Shown piece by piece: positions 24,101 to 36,700 of a stretch of 64,000 bases of DNA (position 1 is the first letter of the stretch; each line of letters begins with the position of its first letter). Origin of the DNA: Lama glama (taxonomy: Eukaryota); contig CM052816.1 in the NCBI GenBank assembly GCA_028534125.1, positions 33,668,001 through 33,732,000 on the forward strand. Reading direction: 5' to 3'. Under the pieces are notes generated by a model that did not search any database, was not told the DNA's origin, and was given only the letters and a program-made list of their open reading frames with translations. A program made the position numbers and the translations under genes.

Positions 24101-24960
24101 GGACATTCTTAAAGCCTGTCTAAAGGCATAAAATTTTGGCAGTTCTCACCGAAAGAGGAAAGGCAGTATAACATTCCTTAAATGGAAAAAATGGGAATGG
24201 AATGTACCCTATCCAATATAGATGATTCTTACACATTCAAATAGGTAGGACTGTTGAGAGGAATTTTGCAACATGTTCAGAAAGTTCAGATGTTGGGATC
24301 CCTGCTGAATGAGAAGTGAGGTTTAAAGGTCTTATCCAGGTGGCCAACCCTCTGAGGCTTCTTAATTCATCTGTCCCTCATACTGACCTTCTAATTTGCT
24401 CTGTCCTCACCTTATGAAAAGTGAGCTCCATTCCTGAAAATGCTGGCAAAGATTTCACCTTTTGTGGGGTTTAAAAACTAATGTGCTAAAAAGTGTGTAA
24501 GTAAAAAGTTTACTCTAATCCAAGGGGATTTACCCAACTCTGATTCATATCCTATTAACTCTAGGGAAAGCCTTCACCCATGCTGATAGAAAACTCACAG
24601 GAAGAAGTTACTGAGTTAGGTAGAACATGAATCAGGCCTTGGAAAATCCCGGGAGCTGGAATTAAAAGTGTTGGGAGGACCCAGCTAGGATTTCGGCCTG
24701 AGCTAACAGGTACCAAGGATAATGAAAATGGCCGAGGGGATGAAAAATGTGCTGAAGCAGTAGGTCAGGCCTGTGTAATGAACTGAAGCAGGCAAATCCC
24801 CCCGACCCACCCCAGTTTAACAAAACTGTGAATTACTACTTCGCAGATAATAAGAGGAAAGAGAAGGTAATGAACGTCAGTTAAGCAACTCTATTGCTTC
24901 TAGCTGGATTAGGCAAAGGAAGTTTATATGCTGGCAAAGATTTCATATAAACCAATTTTA

Positions 24961-25110
24961 TTCCACCTGGTGGCTCCACCATTCCCTAGGGCCTTTGAGA
25001 GCATCCAGGTTCCTCTGCATCTGGCTGCCAAATGAGCAAAGAAATAGTAAGTAGAAGATAATACAGGATATTTTAGGGGCTAGGCTTCACAGTGGTAGAA
25101 AATATTAAAC
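24961..25110 (-). mobile_element. MLT1J-like LTR fragment (left arm of the inverted repeat)
   Basis: 'ttccacctggtggctccaccattccctagggcctt...' is the reverse complement of the copy at 26292-26408. Confidence 0.75.
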
Positions 25111-25199
25111 CAATGCATAGATAATTGTCCTAATATTAATCAGCTTTGTTTATTTTTGTACATAAATGGAAATAATTATTGTTGTTTCAGTGGTAATTA

Positions 25200-25870
25200 C
25201 TAGCACTTATTTCAAAATTTCAATGGTACAAAATGGTGTTCAGAGAGAGTTTTCTGCCAAATGCTCAGTTCCTCTCTTATGAGGCTATCAATATTACCCT
25301 TTCCTTGTGACTTTTTTCCCCAAGAGATTAATTTAAGATTTCTTTGCCCAACGATAGCCTACTATACACATTATTTTGCACTCTAATCTTTTTGCTAAAC
25401 ATTATATCCTGGAAATTATTCCACATCAATATCTATAAAACTGCATCATTATTTTTAATAGCTTTGTAGTGGTCTGTTGGATGTTTGGATCTTATCATAC
25501 TTAACCAATCCCATATTGATGGACATTTGAGTTGTTTTCAGTCTTTTGCTTTGACATGTCCGTGTGATGAGAGAGAGCAGTTAAAGGTAGAGACTTTGGA
25601 GGTAAACTGCTTGGGTTCAAATCCCCAACTCTGCCAGTTATTAGTGGGGAAGTGACTACACATGCTGTCCCTCTGACACAGGGAAAGCAGTGTGCAAGGG
25701 TGGACTACTTTTATTTGAGTTAAAGTATCTCTAGGATCAGTTTTCAGAAGTGGAATTGCTATGTCTTTGGGTATGTGCATTCAAAACTGTGACAGACATT
25801 GTCAAGGTGCCCTTCAAAGGTTTTTACACCTTATGAAAGAGTAATAGTGCCTTCCCCTCCACAGTCTCTC
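25200..25870 (-). mobile_element. L1ME-like fragment with a nested MIR (25565-25680, +)
   Basis: 'tattgatggacatttgagttgttttcagtcttttgct...gaagtggaattgct'. MIR part: 'gactttggaggtaaactgcttgggttcaaatcccca'. Confidence 0.7.
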
Positions 25871-26129
25871 CCCCAGTGAGTATATTGACTATGTTGGGAA
25901 ACAAGCCTTTAATTTTTTTCTTCTGTTTATCAACCAGTTAAAATGCTTACCACTAGCAAAGCTGGGAGATAATTGAAGGAGAACCCAAAACTGAAGAATA
26001 GGATTAAAGTAAACTGCTCTCCATTTTTTCTAGGGTATATTTTATCATGCAGAAGGAGTTAAATATAATTCAGTTTTCATCAGCCTAAGGCTATGAAATT
26101 CCAGTAAAGCTTCAAAATCCTTGTCTTAG

Positions 26130-26560
26130 AGGCAAAGATCATCTTTTTCTTCTCCCACATTTCTGTTCTCTCCTTTCTTGCACGGGGCTAGACTGTATTA
26201 CTCAGTTGCCTGGCATTGAGGAAAGTCCATGTGACTAGTCTGTGGCAACATAAAGTAGGAGAAAATTGTGCACCTCCTGCCAAGCCTAACTCCTAAAATA
26301 TCCTGTATTATCTTCTACTTGCCCTTGCTTTGCTCATTTGGCAACCAGATGCAGAGGATCCTGGATGTTCTCAAAGGCCCTAGGAAATGGTGGAGCCACC
26401 AGGTGGAAGAAACCTGGGTTCCTGTATGACTCTGTGGAGGAAAGCACCTCCCCCCAAAGCCCCTACTAACGTTAGACTGTGTTATCAGTGAGAAAAACAT
26501 GTGTTTTGTAAAGCCACTGAGATTTGGGGGCTATTTATTTTAGCAGTTTAGTCTCTCTGC
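26130..26560 (+). mobile_element. MLT1J-like MaLR LTR
   Basis: 'ggtggagccaccaggtggaagaaacctgggttcctg...gtaaagccactgagatttggggg..tatt.ttagcag'. Confidence 0.8.
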
Positions 26561-27422
26561 TATTTCTTGACATTATTTTTGTTATTACCTCTCAAAGTAG
26601 AATTATTAGACTTTTAAAAGTAATTGCCCCATCATGAAATTTTAATACCACAGGTATAGTGTATTTCTATGTATGTAATGTATGTGTATCTATACTTTTT
26701 CAATAAAAAGAGTAAGATCGTTTTGCTCTCCACCCCCTCACCAAGAACCAGTTTTTGCCCCATTGGGGATGCTATTGGTGGTGCGTGGCCCACCCTGACT
26801 AATACACTCTGAAACACTTTGAAGAGCACCTTTACATTTTCCTTGGGGTGGTTGAAGGCAGTAAGATTAAAGAAGGAAAATATTGGCTGAACCTCCAGGA
26901 GTTCTTTTCATTCTAAGTTTCTGTTTGGCATTTATAATCTTCATAGATGCCATGATTTTGCATGATAGTCAGTCAGGAATTCTGACAGAGCATGTGCCTT
27001 TAAACTTACTCCTTACAACATACTGTTTCCTCTGTTTGTGAGGAAGGCGATGAGGGAGGCAGGAAGTGAAGAGTGAGTGAGGACATTGGCCTAGCCTATT
27101 ATGCATTATAGTCATTTTACTGTGACCAGATGGCATAAGTATCATCATATCGAGTAACATCACGCCCCAGTGCCTCATGGGAGTGAGCTGAGGAAGGATA
27201 AGAAGGCCCAGGACCACGGAGTGATTAAGATGAAGCTGCTTAGATAACTTGTTCATAGTTGGGTTCTATATTTGAAAGGATACTTTCACCTTTACTTTCT
27301 CAGTAAATAAACATCTACTTCTTAAAGGGAATAGGAAGAAACAGAGACAGATACAGGTGCTCTTTTTCTGTGGACCAGGAACTTTATGTGATACACACAA
27401 GTCTAAGTTCTTGTCAATTCTT

Positions 27423-27537
27423 GCTTCCTTCCATCCTTCCTTCCTTCCCTCTTTCCATCCTTCCTTCCTTCTTTTCTTCCCTCCTTCTCTCTTTCCCTCC
27501 CTCCTCCCTTCTTTCCTTCCTTCTTTCATTCTTCTTT
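27423..27537. repeat. (TTCC)n-type pyrimidine simple repeat
   Basis: Seen directly. It accounts for the spurious ORFs at 27266-27588. Confidence 0.92.
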
Positions 27538-28800
27538 TCAGACAGTAACCATTCTAATGGATATAGTGTTACCTCATTGTGCTTTTGATTTACATTTCCT
27601 TAATGGTTAATGATATTGAGTGTATTTTCACATACTTGTTGGCCATTTTTATATATTCTTTGGTGAAATGTTTATTCAGGACCTTGGTCCATTTTTTTCT
27701 TTTTTACCCCAAGGTCTGCTTCCTTTACTCTTTTATTTTTTCCTCAGCTTTATTAAGGTATAATTGACATATAAAATTATGAGATATTTAAAGTGTATAT
27801 CATGATGATTTGATACACATATACATTGTGAAAGGATTCCTCCCACCTAGTTAATTAGCACATGTATCACCTCACATGTTTACCCCCTTTCTTTGATGAG
27901 AACAGTTAAATTTTACTCTTATAGCAAATTTCAATTATACAATACAGTGTTATCATTTATAATCACTGTGTTTTATGTTAGCTTCTCAGACCTTATTCAT
28001 CTTATACCTGAGAGTTTGTACCTTTTTACCAACCTCTCCCTATTTTCCCCACCCACCCCAACCCCTGGCACTTTGCCCATTTTTAAATGAGGTTAATTTT
28101 TTGTTGTTGTTGTCAACGAGTTTGTGGGTGTTTATTACATATTCTAGATCTTAACTCCTTATCAGATACATGATTTGCAAATATTTTTGCCTATTCTTTG
28201 GGTTGCCTTTTCGCTCTGTTGATTGTTGCTCTTAATATACTGCTATTTCACTTTTAAAATTCCAGTTTCTCTAATTGTAAGCGAGCTTTTCACGTGTATA
28301 GCAGTTTATATTTATTTTTATGTGAACTGCCTATATGTGCCCTTTTGCTATTTTTCTGTTGGTAATTTGTATTTTCTTATTGAATTGAACTAGCCTTTTC
28401 TTTTGCTTTAAGTTAAAAAATATTTTTCATTTGCCATATGTCTTTTAAATTTGTTAATTGAACTTAATCTATAAATACTGTTTTTAAAAAGTTTTCCATA
28501 GTCAAATTTAATAATCGTTTATTCCATTACTTAGGAAAGCTTAAAGCCTTGCTTAGCTAAGATTGTATATTTATGCAAATATATGTACATACATGAATAC
28601 ACAAACCTACTCATTATTTTCTAGTACTTTTGTAGTTTCAGTTTAAATTTTTAGGGGATTGGTATCAGTTTATTTTTCCAGTTTGCTGTCCAGCATACCT
28701 TATACTCTTTGCTAAATAATCCAATTTACTCCTACAAATTTGAAATGCCACCTCTGTTGTTTATTAAACAATCATATTATTTTCTAGATTTTCTTAGTCA
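27538..28800 (-). mobile_element. L1M fragments with a nested L1MA-type 3' end (~27730-28070)
   Basis: 'cattgtgcttttgatttacatttccttaatggttaatgatattgag' and 'gctttattaaggtataattgacatataaa'. Confidence 0.8.
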
Positions 28801-29444
28801 TAACATTTAAAAATTAAATTATAAAATTTTCTCTATTCTTATCTACCTATCTTGTATTGATTTGCTAAAATACGGAGTATCTGTGGAAGGATACACAAAC
28901 TAGTAATCTTAGTGACTCTTGCAAGGGGGACAGGAAATAGGTTAACCAGAGGAAATGGGAAAGAGAAAAGACTTTCCACTGTATACTCCTATGTATGTTT
29001 TGAGTCTAGTACTATTTACAAGTATAAACCTATTCAAAACTAAATAAATACATTTAAATGGTACATAAGCATCAAACACCACTCTTCCTCTCTCCTCTTC
29101 ACCCCTGCCTGCTCACAAGAATGTTTTCTTACCCTTTAATTCCCTTCATGGCCCAGAATCTTCTGCCTCTCCTAATCCTTGGGCCCTGGGGCAACGTTCA
29201 GTTTCCTAAAATGAAAACTGCAGGACCATTAAGGTCTCTACTGCCTTCCTGACTCTCCATATGGACTGTGCCCTGGAAGGTGACTGCAGATCCAGAGAGG
29301 GGAGGGCAGTTAAGGTCACAGGCCAGATGCTCACAGGATGTAAGCACCTCCCTACTCCAATGCAGGATTCTCTGGTTGGAGATCCGGGGAGAGCTTTTGA
29401 GATTCATATGATTATTATCTTTATCATCACCGGTGATAAAACTC

Positions 29445-29690
29445 TAAGCAGTATGTCCTAAGTGTATTCTGTGAAATACCAGTTTGTCAAGTTTCTCTTT
29501 AATTTGTTTTTCCCAAACGTGGTCAGTGAAGTTTACAAAACCATTGAAGTGTCTCCTCTTTGGAGAATGATGATAGACAGTAACATTTTAAATGTTTGAG
29601 AAATTTTGCAATAAAAGAAGCCTCTCTAATTTTTGTTTAAACTAGAATCTCTAAACCTATTTGACCACAGAATTATTTTCACCCACCATC
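29445..29690. mobile_element. hAT-Charlie (MER103-like) fragment
   Basis: 'cagtatgtcctaagtgtattctgtgaaatacc...aaacctatttgaccacagaa'. Confidence 0.45.
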
Positions 29691-30517
29691 TCTCCAATCT
29701 GGTCATGACCTCCTGTAGCAGTGTAAAGTGGGAGCAGTGTAAATTGTAATGACCGAAAGAAAGAGGCAAATGTTGAAGCAGTGGATAAGAAATGCCAATC
29801 CGAATTTGTGTAAAGCTAAATTTTTAGAAGACTATTTTGTTGTTTTGATTATAATAAATAAAGGCTGGATTATAAATAATTCAGCAAATAAAAATATTAC
29901 TAATAAATGGATGCTTTTGAAATTAGAAAACAGTCCTCTTCTGCAGACTGAACAATACTGATCATCGTGTTTTTACTCCTCACATGTTTAGCAAATCCTA
30001 CCTTGGCCAAAGTGGTCATCAGTTCAGATCCTTTCTGAATTAACACATACCTCAGTTAGGCAAATCTAAATCACTGGCATCTGCCTCAGTGTGCGAGCTC
30101 TGGAGTAAGAATAACACACTGCATCTTCTGATTTTTTTTTCTGGAATGTCTAAAGCAGTGGTTGAAAGTGGTAGAGCTCAAGGATAGGCTGGGAGAGTGT
30201 GACAAGCAGACAGGAGAAAGGAGGGAGTGCGGACATGGTCAGAAAGTAAAAGATGGAAAGAGGGGAAGAGCGGTCCCTGTGGCTGAGATGACCCTGGCTG
30301 TGCCTCAAGTGTCACTCAGTGCCCCAAGATTAAGTGTCGTCTGTCATGAGAATGTGAGGCTTTAGCTGTTCTCAGTTCTCACACCTGACACTTTTGGATC
30401 CAGATAGAAATAGTATGTCTGTTCAGTCTCAGTGGGGCTTTTTGTGTCTGCTCTGATGTTCAGAGCTGGTAAGAACTCACAATTCTCATCCTGTGTCATG
30501 TGAAGGAATGCTCTTAG

Positions 30518-30695
30518 ATATGGTTCTCAACTCAGGCAATATGTTAGAACACTCAGGGAAACTTAAAAACATGCTAGTGTTCAGGCCCCACCCCAGGCCA
30601 ATGAAATTGGCATCTCAAACATTGGGCTTTAGATGTGGGTATTTTTTAAAAGCATCTCTGTGACATCAGTATACTGTCAAGGTTGAGCCACTGCT
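30518..30695. mobile_element. MER5-like MITE
   Basis: 'tggttctcaac...tcaggccccaccccaggcc...aaggttgagccactgc'. Confidence 0.7.
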
Positions 30696-30964
30696 GTAAC
30701 AATCCAGGAAGTACCTGTTGTGGGTCCACCAGCTCACCAACAAGGGCACAAAGGACATAAGCAAATTTGGTACATTTCAGGTCAGCGACAGGGAGGCTGC
30801 TTCTGGCTATTTGTGATTAAACTTGTAGTTCTGTAAGATTTCTAATTTCTGAATCAGAGGATTTCAACATAAAACATTTGGCGATTGGTCAGTAGTGATT
30901 CCAAATTTGACTCTAGAGTTGAACTGGCTCTAAGGGAATGATCTAGGAATCAGAGGAGGCAGCA

Positions 30965-31712
30965 CAATATACTAAGAGACACCCTAAGGATCTCTTGTAT
31001 TCCAGACATGCTCTTTCTTGCCTCCACTGTGAAGTAGTAATCCAAGTTCTCCTGGGTAGTCAAGATCAATCGTGTCAGCCAGCACAGTAACTTCCTTCCT
31101 TGTCTGCCTGTTGATTCAAAAGCATGAGGAACTCACGTAGCCAGGCGACAGTCTTAACTTCTAGTTCAGTGGAATAATAGCTGTGTTTCCGGGTGAAAGT
31201 ATTCCTCCCTCTGGAGTTAAGACCTCTAGGCCAGAATAGCATTAACTTACAAGAATAGGAAGAAAACATTTCGCTTGTGGGTTTCTAGGGGTAATAGTGG
31301 TGCCACTCCCATTTCCACCTCTTGGTTCCTGACCCCATGAACTTTGGCTGTGGGAGGAACAGCACCATATGTTGGTTGCTGATTCAGAGCATATACAGCT
31401 TTCTGGAGAAGCTTACCCCAGCTTTGCACGGTATTGCCGCTTACCTGGTGCTATAACTGAGTCTTTAAAGGACCATCTCAGCATTCTGTCAAGTCAGCTG
31501 TTTCAGAATGGTGGGAAACATGGTAAGACCAATAAATTCCATGAACATCGGCCCATTGCCACACTTCTTTTACAGTAAAGTGAGTTCCTTGATCAGAAGC
31601 AGTGCTGTGTGTAACACCATGATAGTGGATGAGGCAAAGGTGTTCTCTGAGTCCATGGATGGTAGTTTTGGCAGAAGCACTGCATACAGGGAAGGCAAAT
31701 CCATCAAAATCT
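30965..31712 (-). mobile_element. ERVL-type endogenous retrovirus internal fragment (pol integrase region and downstream)
   Basis: Minus peptide 'QSWGKLLQKAVYALNQQPTYGAVPPTAKVHGVRNQEVEMGVAPL' resembles the ERV-L integrase. The segment at 31490-31620 reads as the S-D-Q-G-T-H-F / W-S-Y-H-V integrase core. Confidence 0.85.
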
Positions 31713-32579
31713 AGAAAAAGAGATTTAGAGAGTATGAATTTGTCAATGTTTATTTATCATTGGACAAAGGTAGCAGAGGACTGGATCTGGAAGTAATGAG
31801 CAATTTGATCAATAAAAATCTTTGAGGTAGAGCAGGCTCTATTGCAGCCTAGGTGAACTCTGAGTCAAGACTCTACTCTTTTCCAGGTAATCTCTAATTT
31901 GACAGGATTTTTTGATTCTGAGAAAGGACTAACTTACATTTAGAACAAGATTTGTCTGTCACTGATATTTTTCTCATTTTAAATTAATTTGTTGGCAAGT
32001 ATATAAGTAATTTTGGAAGAATAGGAACAAGTTTTACATGGTCTGAACATCATTAGGACAAAATTAATTTGTTTAATTCATATGTTATCATTGAAGGAGA
32101 ATTAAAAAATACAATTCTGCAGGAGGAAAATATATCAAATGAAAATGATGCTATTGGGATGACCATTGTTAACATTTTAGGTTCAAGTAGAATTTAATTG
32201 ACTTTTTCTTAACTGAGGATCCATTGAATGAGATGATTGGGGCTCCCTATTCCTCCAGCCACAGCATAGCAGTGGTTGCCACGGTGTGCTGCACAAAGGT
32301 GTCTGGGAGACTTCCGACACTTCCTCTCCCTCCAGTGGAGTTCTGTCCTCACTGAGAATCATCAGTTGTGCTTGTACCAAACTATATAATTAAATGTTAA
32401 GTAAAACATGAGCGAAAAAGAATGTCATCAATTCAATAATTCGGTTCAACATTTTGAGAAAACTGATTAACAGTAATTCACATAAATTGAGTAATTTGGT
32501 ATGAGCAAGATAACTGTAAAAGATAAAAGAATAAAATGAAAATCTACGGAGATGTTGTACTCAGATTTCCTTACAGTGT

Positions 32580-33720
32580 ATACTTTTATTTGTCTTTGCT
32601 TTTTGTAAAAATGAAATCATATCATACATAATCTTTGGAGACTGATTTTTTTAACTTCACGGTTTGTGAGATTCTGTAGTTACAGTTGATTCTATAGTTA
32701 TAACTCAATAATTTTCACTGATATCACAGTGTTCAGGGTCATTTTTCTCAATGTAACAAAATTTATGAATCTCTATTTCTGTTCATGGACACTTAAATTT
32801 TCTTTAATATTTACTTCTATAAACAATGCTACAATAAACATTCTTTATTGGGGAGTAGGTAATTAGATTTATTTATTTATTTGTTTTTAGAGGAGGTGCT
32901 GGGGATTGAACCCTGGACTTCGTTCATGCTGAGCATGAGCTCTACCACTGAGCTATACCTTCCCCCTCAATAAACATTCTTGTGATGGATTCTCAACAGT
33001 TCTTTCAGTAAATTTCTGTGGGCGATAAACCCTTTCAGATGAGATGTTTAAATATGCATTTATTTTCCATTGACTGAAAATAAGTTTATACAAATAAAGA
33101 ACTTTAGGTTGACATTCTTTCTAGCGCATCATTTTGAGTATATGCGACTAGTTTCCTTCTGTATTCTTTGCTTGCTGGTGACATGTCTGCTCTGAGTGTA
33201 AGTCGTTTCTGTGAGTAAGCTCTTTTTCCTTTGATAGCCTTTAGATTTTCTCATATGCATTTTCATTGTGAATATTCACACCCACATGGAACATTCTCAG
33301 CACCACGTTTTTGAATACTGTTACTTTGTCATGCTTCTATTCTATTCTTCTGTAATGTTTATTAAAATATATTCAAAATATTTTTCATTCAGATATTTTA
33401 AGTGTTTTTTTGTAACTTTTTGTCTATTTATCTCTATGCTGTTTTCTTGATGAATTCATTATTACTGTATTCTACTTTGGTGATCCCCTCTCTGATTTCT
33501 ATTTAGAATTTGTCTCATATGTTCTATTCTTAATTGATAACGATATTTATGTTAATGGTCAGATTTCATATTAGTTCATTACTTACATTCTCCTTCATCT
33601 TTCTTTATTTTTTCTGCCCAAGGACCAAAAACATTTATTTTAAGGTCATTTTCAAATGGCTCTATTTTCTTTTCATTGGGATACCTTAGCCTACTGATTT
33701 GTTTTCTTGTCTGTCTTTAT
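32580..33720 (-). mobile_element. Old L1M fragments
   Basis: T-rich antisense L1 signatures ('gttcatggacacttaaatt', 'actttaggttgacattcttt'). Confidence 0.55.
32846..32967 (-). mobile_element. tRNA-Ala-derived camelid SINE (vic-1-like), second copy
   Basis: Same head and tail as the copy at 19627-19770. Exact 14-bp TSD caataaacattctt at 32832-32845 and 32968-32981. Confidence 0.92.
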
Positions 33721-35039
33721 AGATTTTCTTCATGGACAATGAAAGAATAATGTGCAGGCTCATCTTGATTAGGAACTTTTTCTTTTCTTTTTCCTTCATA
33801 TCGAATATTGAAGCTTTCATTCCCAACTCAGGTTATATTCAAGGCTTGAGGCGTCTGTCCCCTTTCCGATTAAGAAAGGCTCTACTTTCTCCTATTTCCC
33901 TTCATTAAAAAGTTATATGTATGTGATAGCCTACATGGTGGTAGTAGCTTTATTTATGGTTTTTTTTTTGTTAAATGTCTGCACACAGGAGAGCCCAAAT
34001 CTGTTTCCAGTAACCAGACACTAGCCTAATGCGGGTCCTTTAGCCTGTGTGGGTCACTTTGAGTTTTCATTTCCCACAGGAATGTCATCGCAACTGTTTC
34101 CTCCTGTTTCCAGGCCCAGAGGCCAGCAGACTTCAGTCCTGCCTCCTGGTTTGGTTTGTGGTCTGAACTTTGTATTTGGTGTATTTCTGCACTATGGTGA
34201 TGTTTTACTTTTTTTTTTAAATTAAGGCTATATCTTTTTATTATATTTAAAAATATTTTATCAATTATTGATTTGTGTTTGGAGCAGGAAGACTGTGTGC
34301 ACATATGTGTGCGTGCATGCATGTGTGTGTGTTTGCATAAGAAAAGTACTCTACAGCTTCATCTTACCTGTCAGTTGCTTCCTAATAATTTCATAAATTT
34401 TCTCATGATGTAAAGATAGAAACCCTTTTGCTACCAGTTTGCCACACTTTAGTCAATTTGTCATTTTCTTTTGTATATTATCATTTGGATTACAAATGTT
34501 TTGAACTTTACAGTTTCTCTCTTTGGTATCATACTGAGGAAATATTGATCTATATTTTGTTGTAGTGCTTTTATAGTTCGTAATAGTCTAAAGTATTTAT
34601 ATGCTCAGTTTTCCTATAATATATTTTTGAGATAGAAACAGTACTATTTCCTCCTAAATAATTGGTATGTTATTAATTATGCATCTTACATATGTTAAAC
34701 AACTCATCATACCAACTGACTTGAAATGTCTGACCATACTATAATTCTGGTGTATACTAGATGATTCTTTATGTTACGTTACTCTGCTGGTTTCAGTAGT
34801 ATTCATTACTTTGTAATGAGTTTTAATATGGAGGAGCTGCCTTACTGATTTGCAGGCACATGGATGGCAGAGACCAAACTGTGGACCTTGGTGGAGATTC
34901 CTAAGATGTTGTCTTCTAGGCACCAGCTTGAATAGCCAACTGTGCCACCTTTTACACACACTTCCACAAATTTCCACTTCATGATGCTGAAATGAATTAT
35001 AAGAGCTAGATTATGCAAAACAGTAAGTTATAGCAGAAA

Positions 35040-35230
35040 GACTGATAGGCAGACCTCACTCCCCGGTTTACTTGTCATGTGACCTACGTGATCCTATCTT
35101 GCCTTATTTGTAAAATAGGGATTATGTACTCACTATACAAGGATTTTGTGAAAATTCTCATAATGGATGGAAGCATTAATTACATTTCCCACTGTATGAC
35201 ATAAATAATTAATAGATGGTAATTATGACA
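35040..35230 (+). mobile_element. MIR
   Basis: 'ttatttgtaaaatagggattat...ggattttgtgaaaatt'. Confidence 0.55.
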
Positions 35231-36189
35231 TTCCGAAAGTTTTCTACTGAAAACCAGTGATAAAATGGAGTGTTCAGGACTCCAGATGAATATTCCTCTG
35301 GGTTGATTGCCCATACCAAAAACACCATCAACAATAATAACAAAAATTAATTAGTAAGATTACAAGAGGTTTACAGAAGATGTGGCCCGTCAAAAGTTAT
35401 CTCCAGCCATGGCCAAATGTCATTTTTGTGATTAATTCATTTTCTCTGTGAGTTCTATGTGTGGACATGTGGTTACTAAGACACATGTCAAATGACACTG
35501 GGGGAATGTCTATCCTTAATCTGAGCCGTTTCTAAGTCTTAATTTCTGAAACATAAAACTAAAAGAAAAAATAAATTTTACACCAATAGGTTGATGAAAG
35601 ATACTCACATCAAGCTAATATAAATTGTAAGAGACACTTCATAAATTTAACCTTTCGTAGCTTGAGGTGTATTTTTGAGAAAGCAGGATTTTACCCTTTT
35701 TGAATGGATTGGAAAAGTAAAGATTTGCCTGGGGAAATACAAAAGAGAAAAGCATTAGGTACTAGGATACTACAAAGGCTTTTTCTTATTTATTTACAGT
35801 GATGTTGCCAGACTGTTAAAAGTCTAATCTCAAAGGTAATATATGTTAATTGCAAGAAAATTTAAAGATCAATAAAAGCACAAAGGAAAAAAAATCAAAC
35901 TCACTCCACATATAACATTTTCAGCCATTTTTCTAATGGCAAGAATGAATAAATATGGAGTCATACTAGCCAAACTATTTGGTAATAATATAGCAGAAAT
36001 ATTATTCAGTTATTTTATATTTTTCTGTAACATGATTTTCCTGGTTGCATAATAATCCATAGACAGCCTTTAGAAATTGAATTTTTAGATATTCCCCTAT
36101 TGTAGAACATTTAGGTTGCTTCTGGTATACTTCAAGTGACACTGATTTTCCACCTCTCCATAAGTCTTTCTTGGCCAGATTTTTCTCTA

Positions 36190-36700
36190 GAATATCAGTA
36201 TTTTTTGGTTGTAGGCAACAAAAACTGCTCTGGCATTTTTAAGCAAAAGGGGTTATTTATCAGAAGATTTTGAGCTATTATCCTTCCTTGGGAATCAGTG
36301 GATAACTGGATTTGGAAAATGGACAAAAAGTAAGAAGTCTTTGGAGTCTAGACTGCAAGAACAGTATGGTCCATGTTCAGTGCTCTACTGCAATGGAGTA
36401 GGACTTCAAATAGTCATTCCATCCATGCATCCTTTTCTTACAATGAAAAGTTCTCGCTGGCCAAGCTTGGGTTATGTGCCCACGGCTTAGTTGTACCAAG
36501 AAGCAGACAAAGAAAGAATTTGACTCTCTTGGCTTTTGTGGTAGGACATACCATTAGAGACAGGATTTAGGAATTGTCCTCCTATGAGAACCTTAATCAC
36601 GGGGAAATTCCACCCAAAGGAAAATTAGGATACTAATGAGAGATGGGAGAGCAGATGGATAACAAGAAGCCAAGAAACAACAAATATCCCAAAAAACCAT
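36190..36700 (-). mobile_element. Old MLT1 (K/L-like) LTR
   Basis: 'ttggttgtaggcaacaaaaactgctctggca..ttaagcaaaaggggttatttat...ggccaagcttgggttatgtgccca'. Confidence 0.6.

Noticed and set aside
27266..27588. ORFs with KEGR / PSFL repeats
   Set aside because: These are translations of the (TTCC)n simple repeat.
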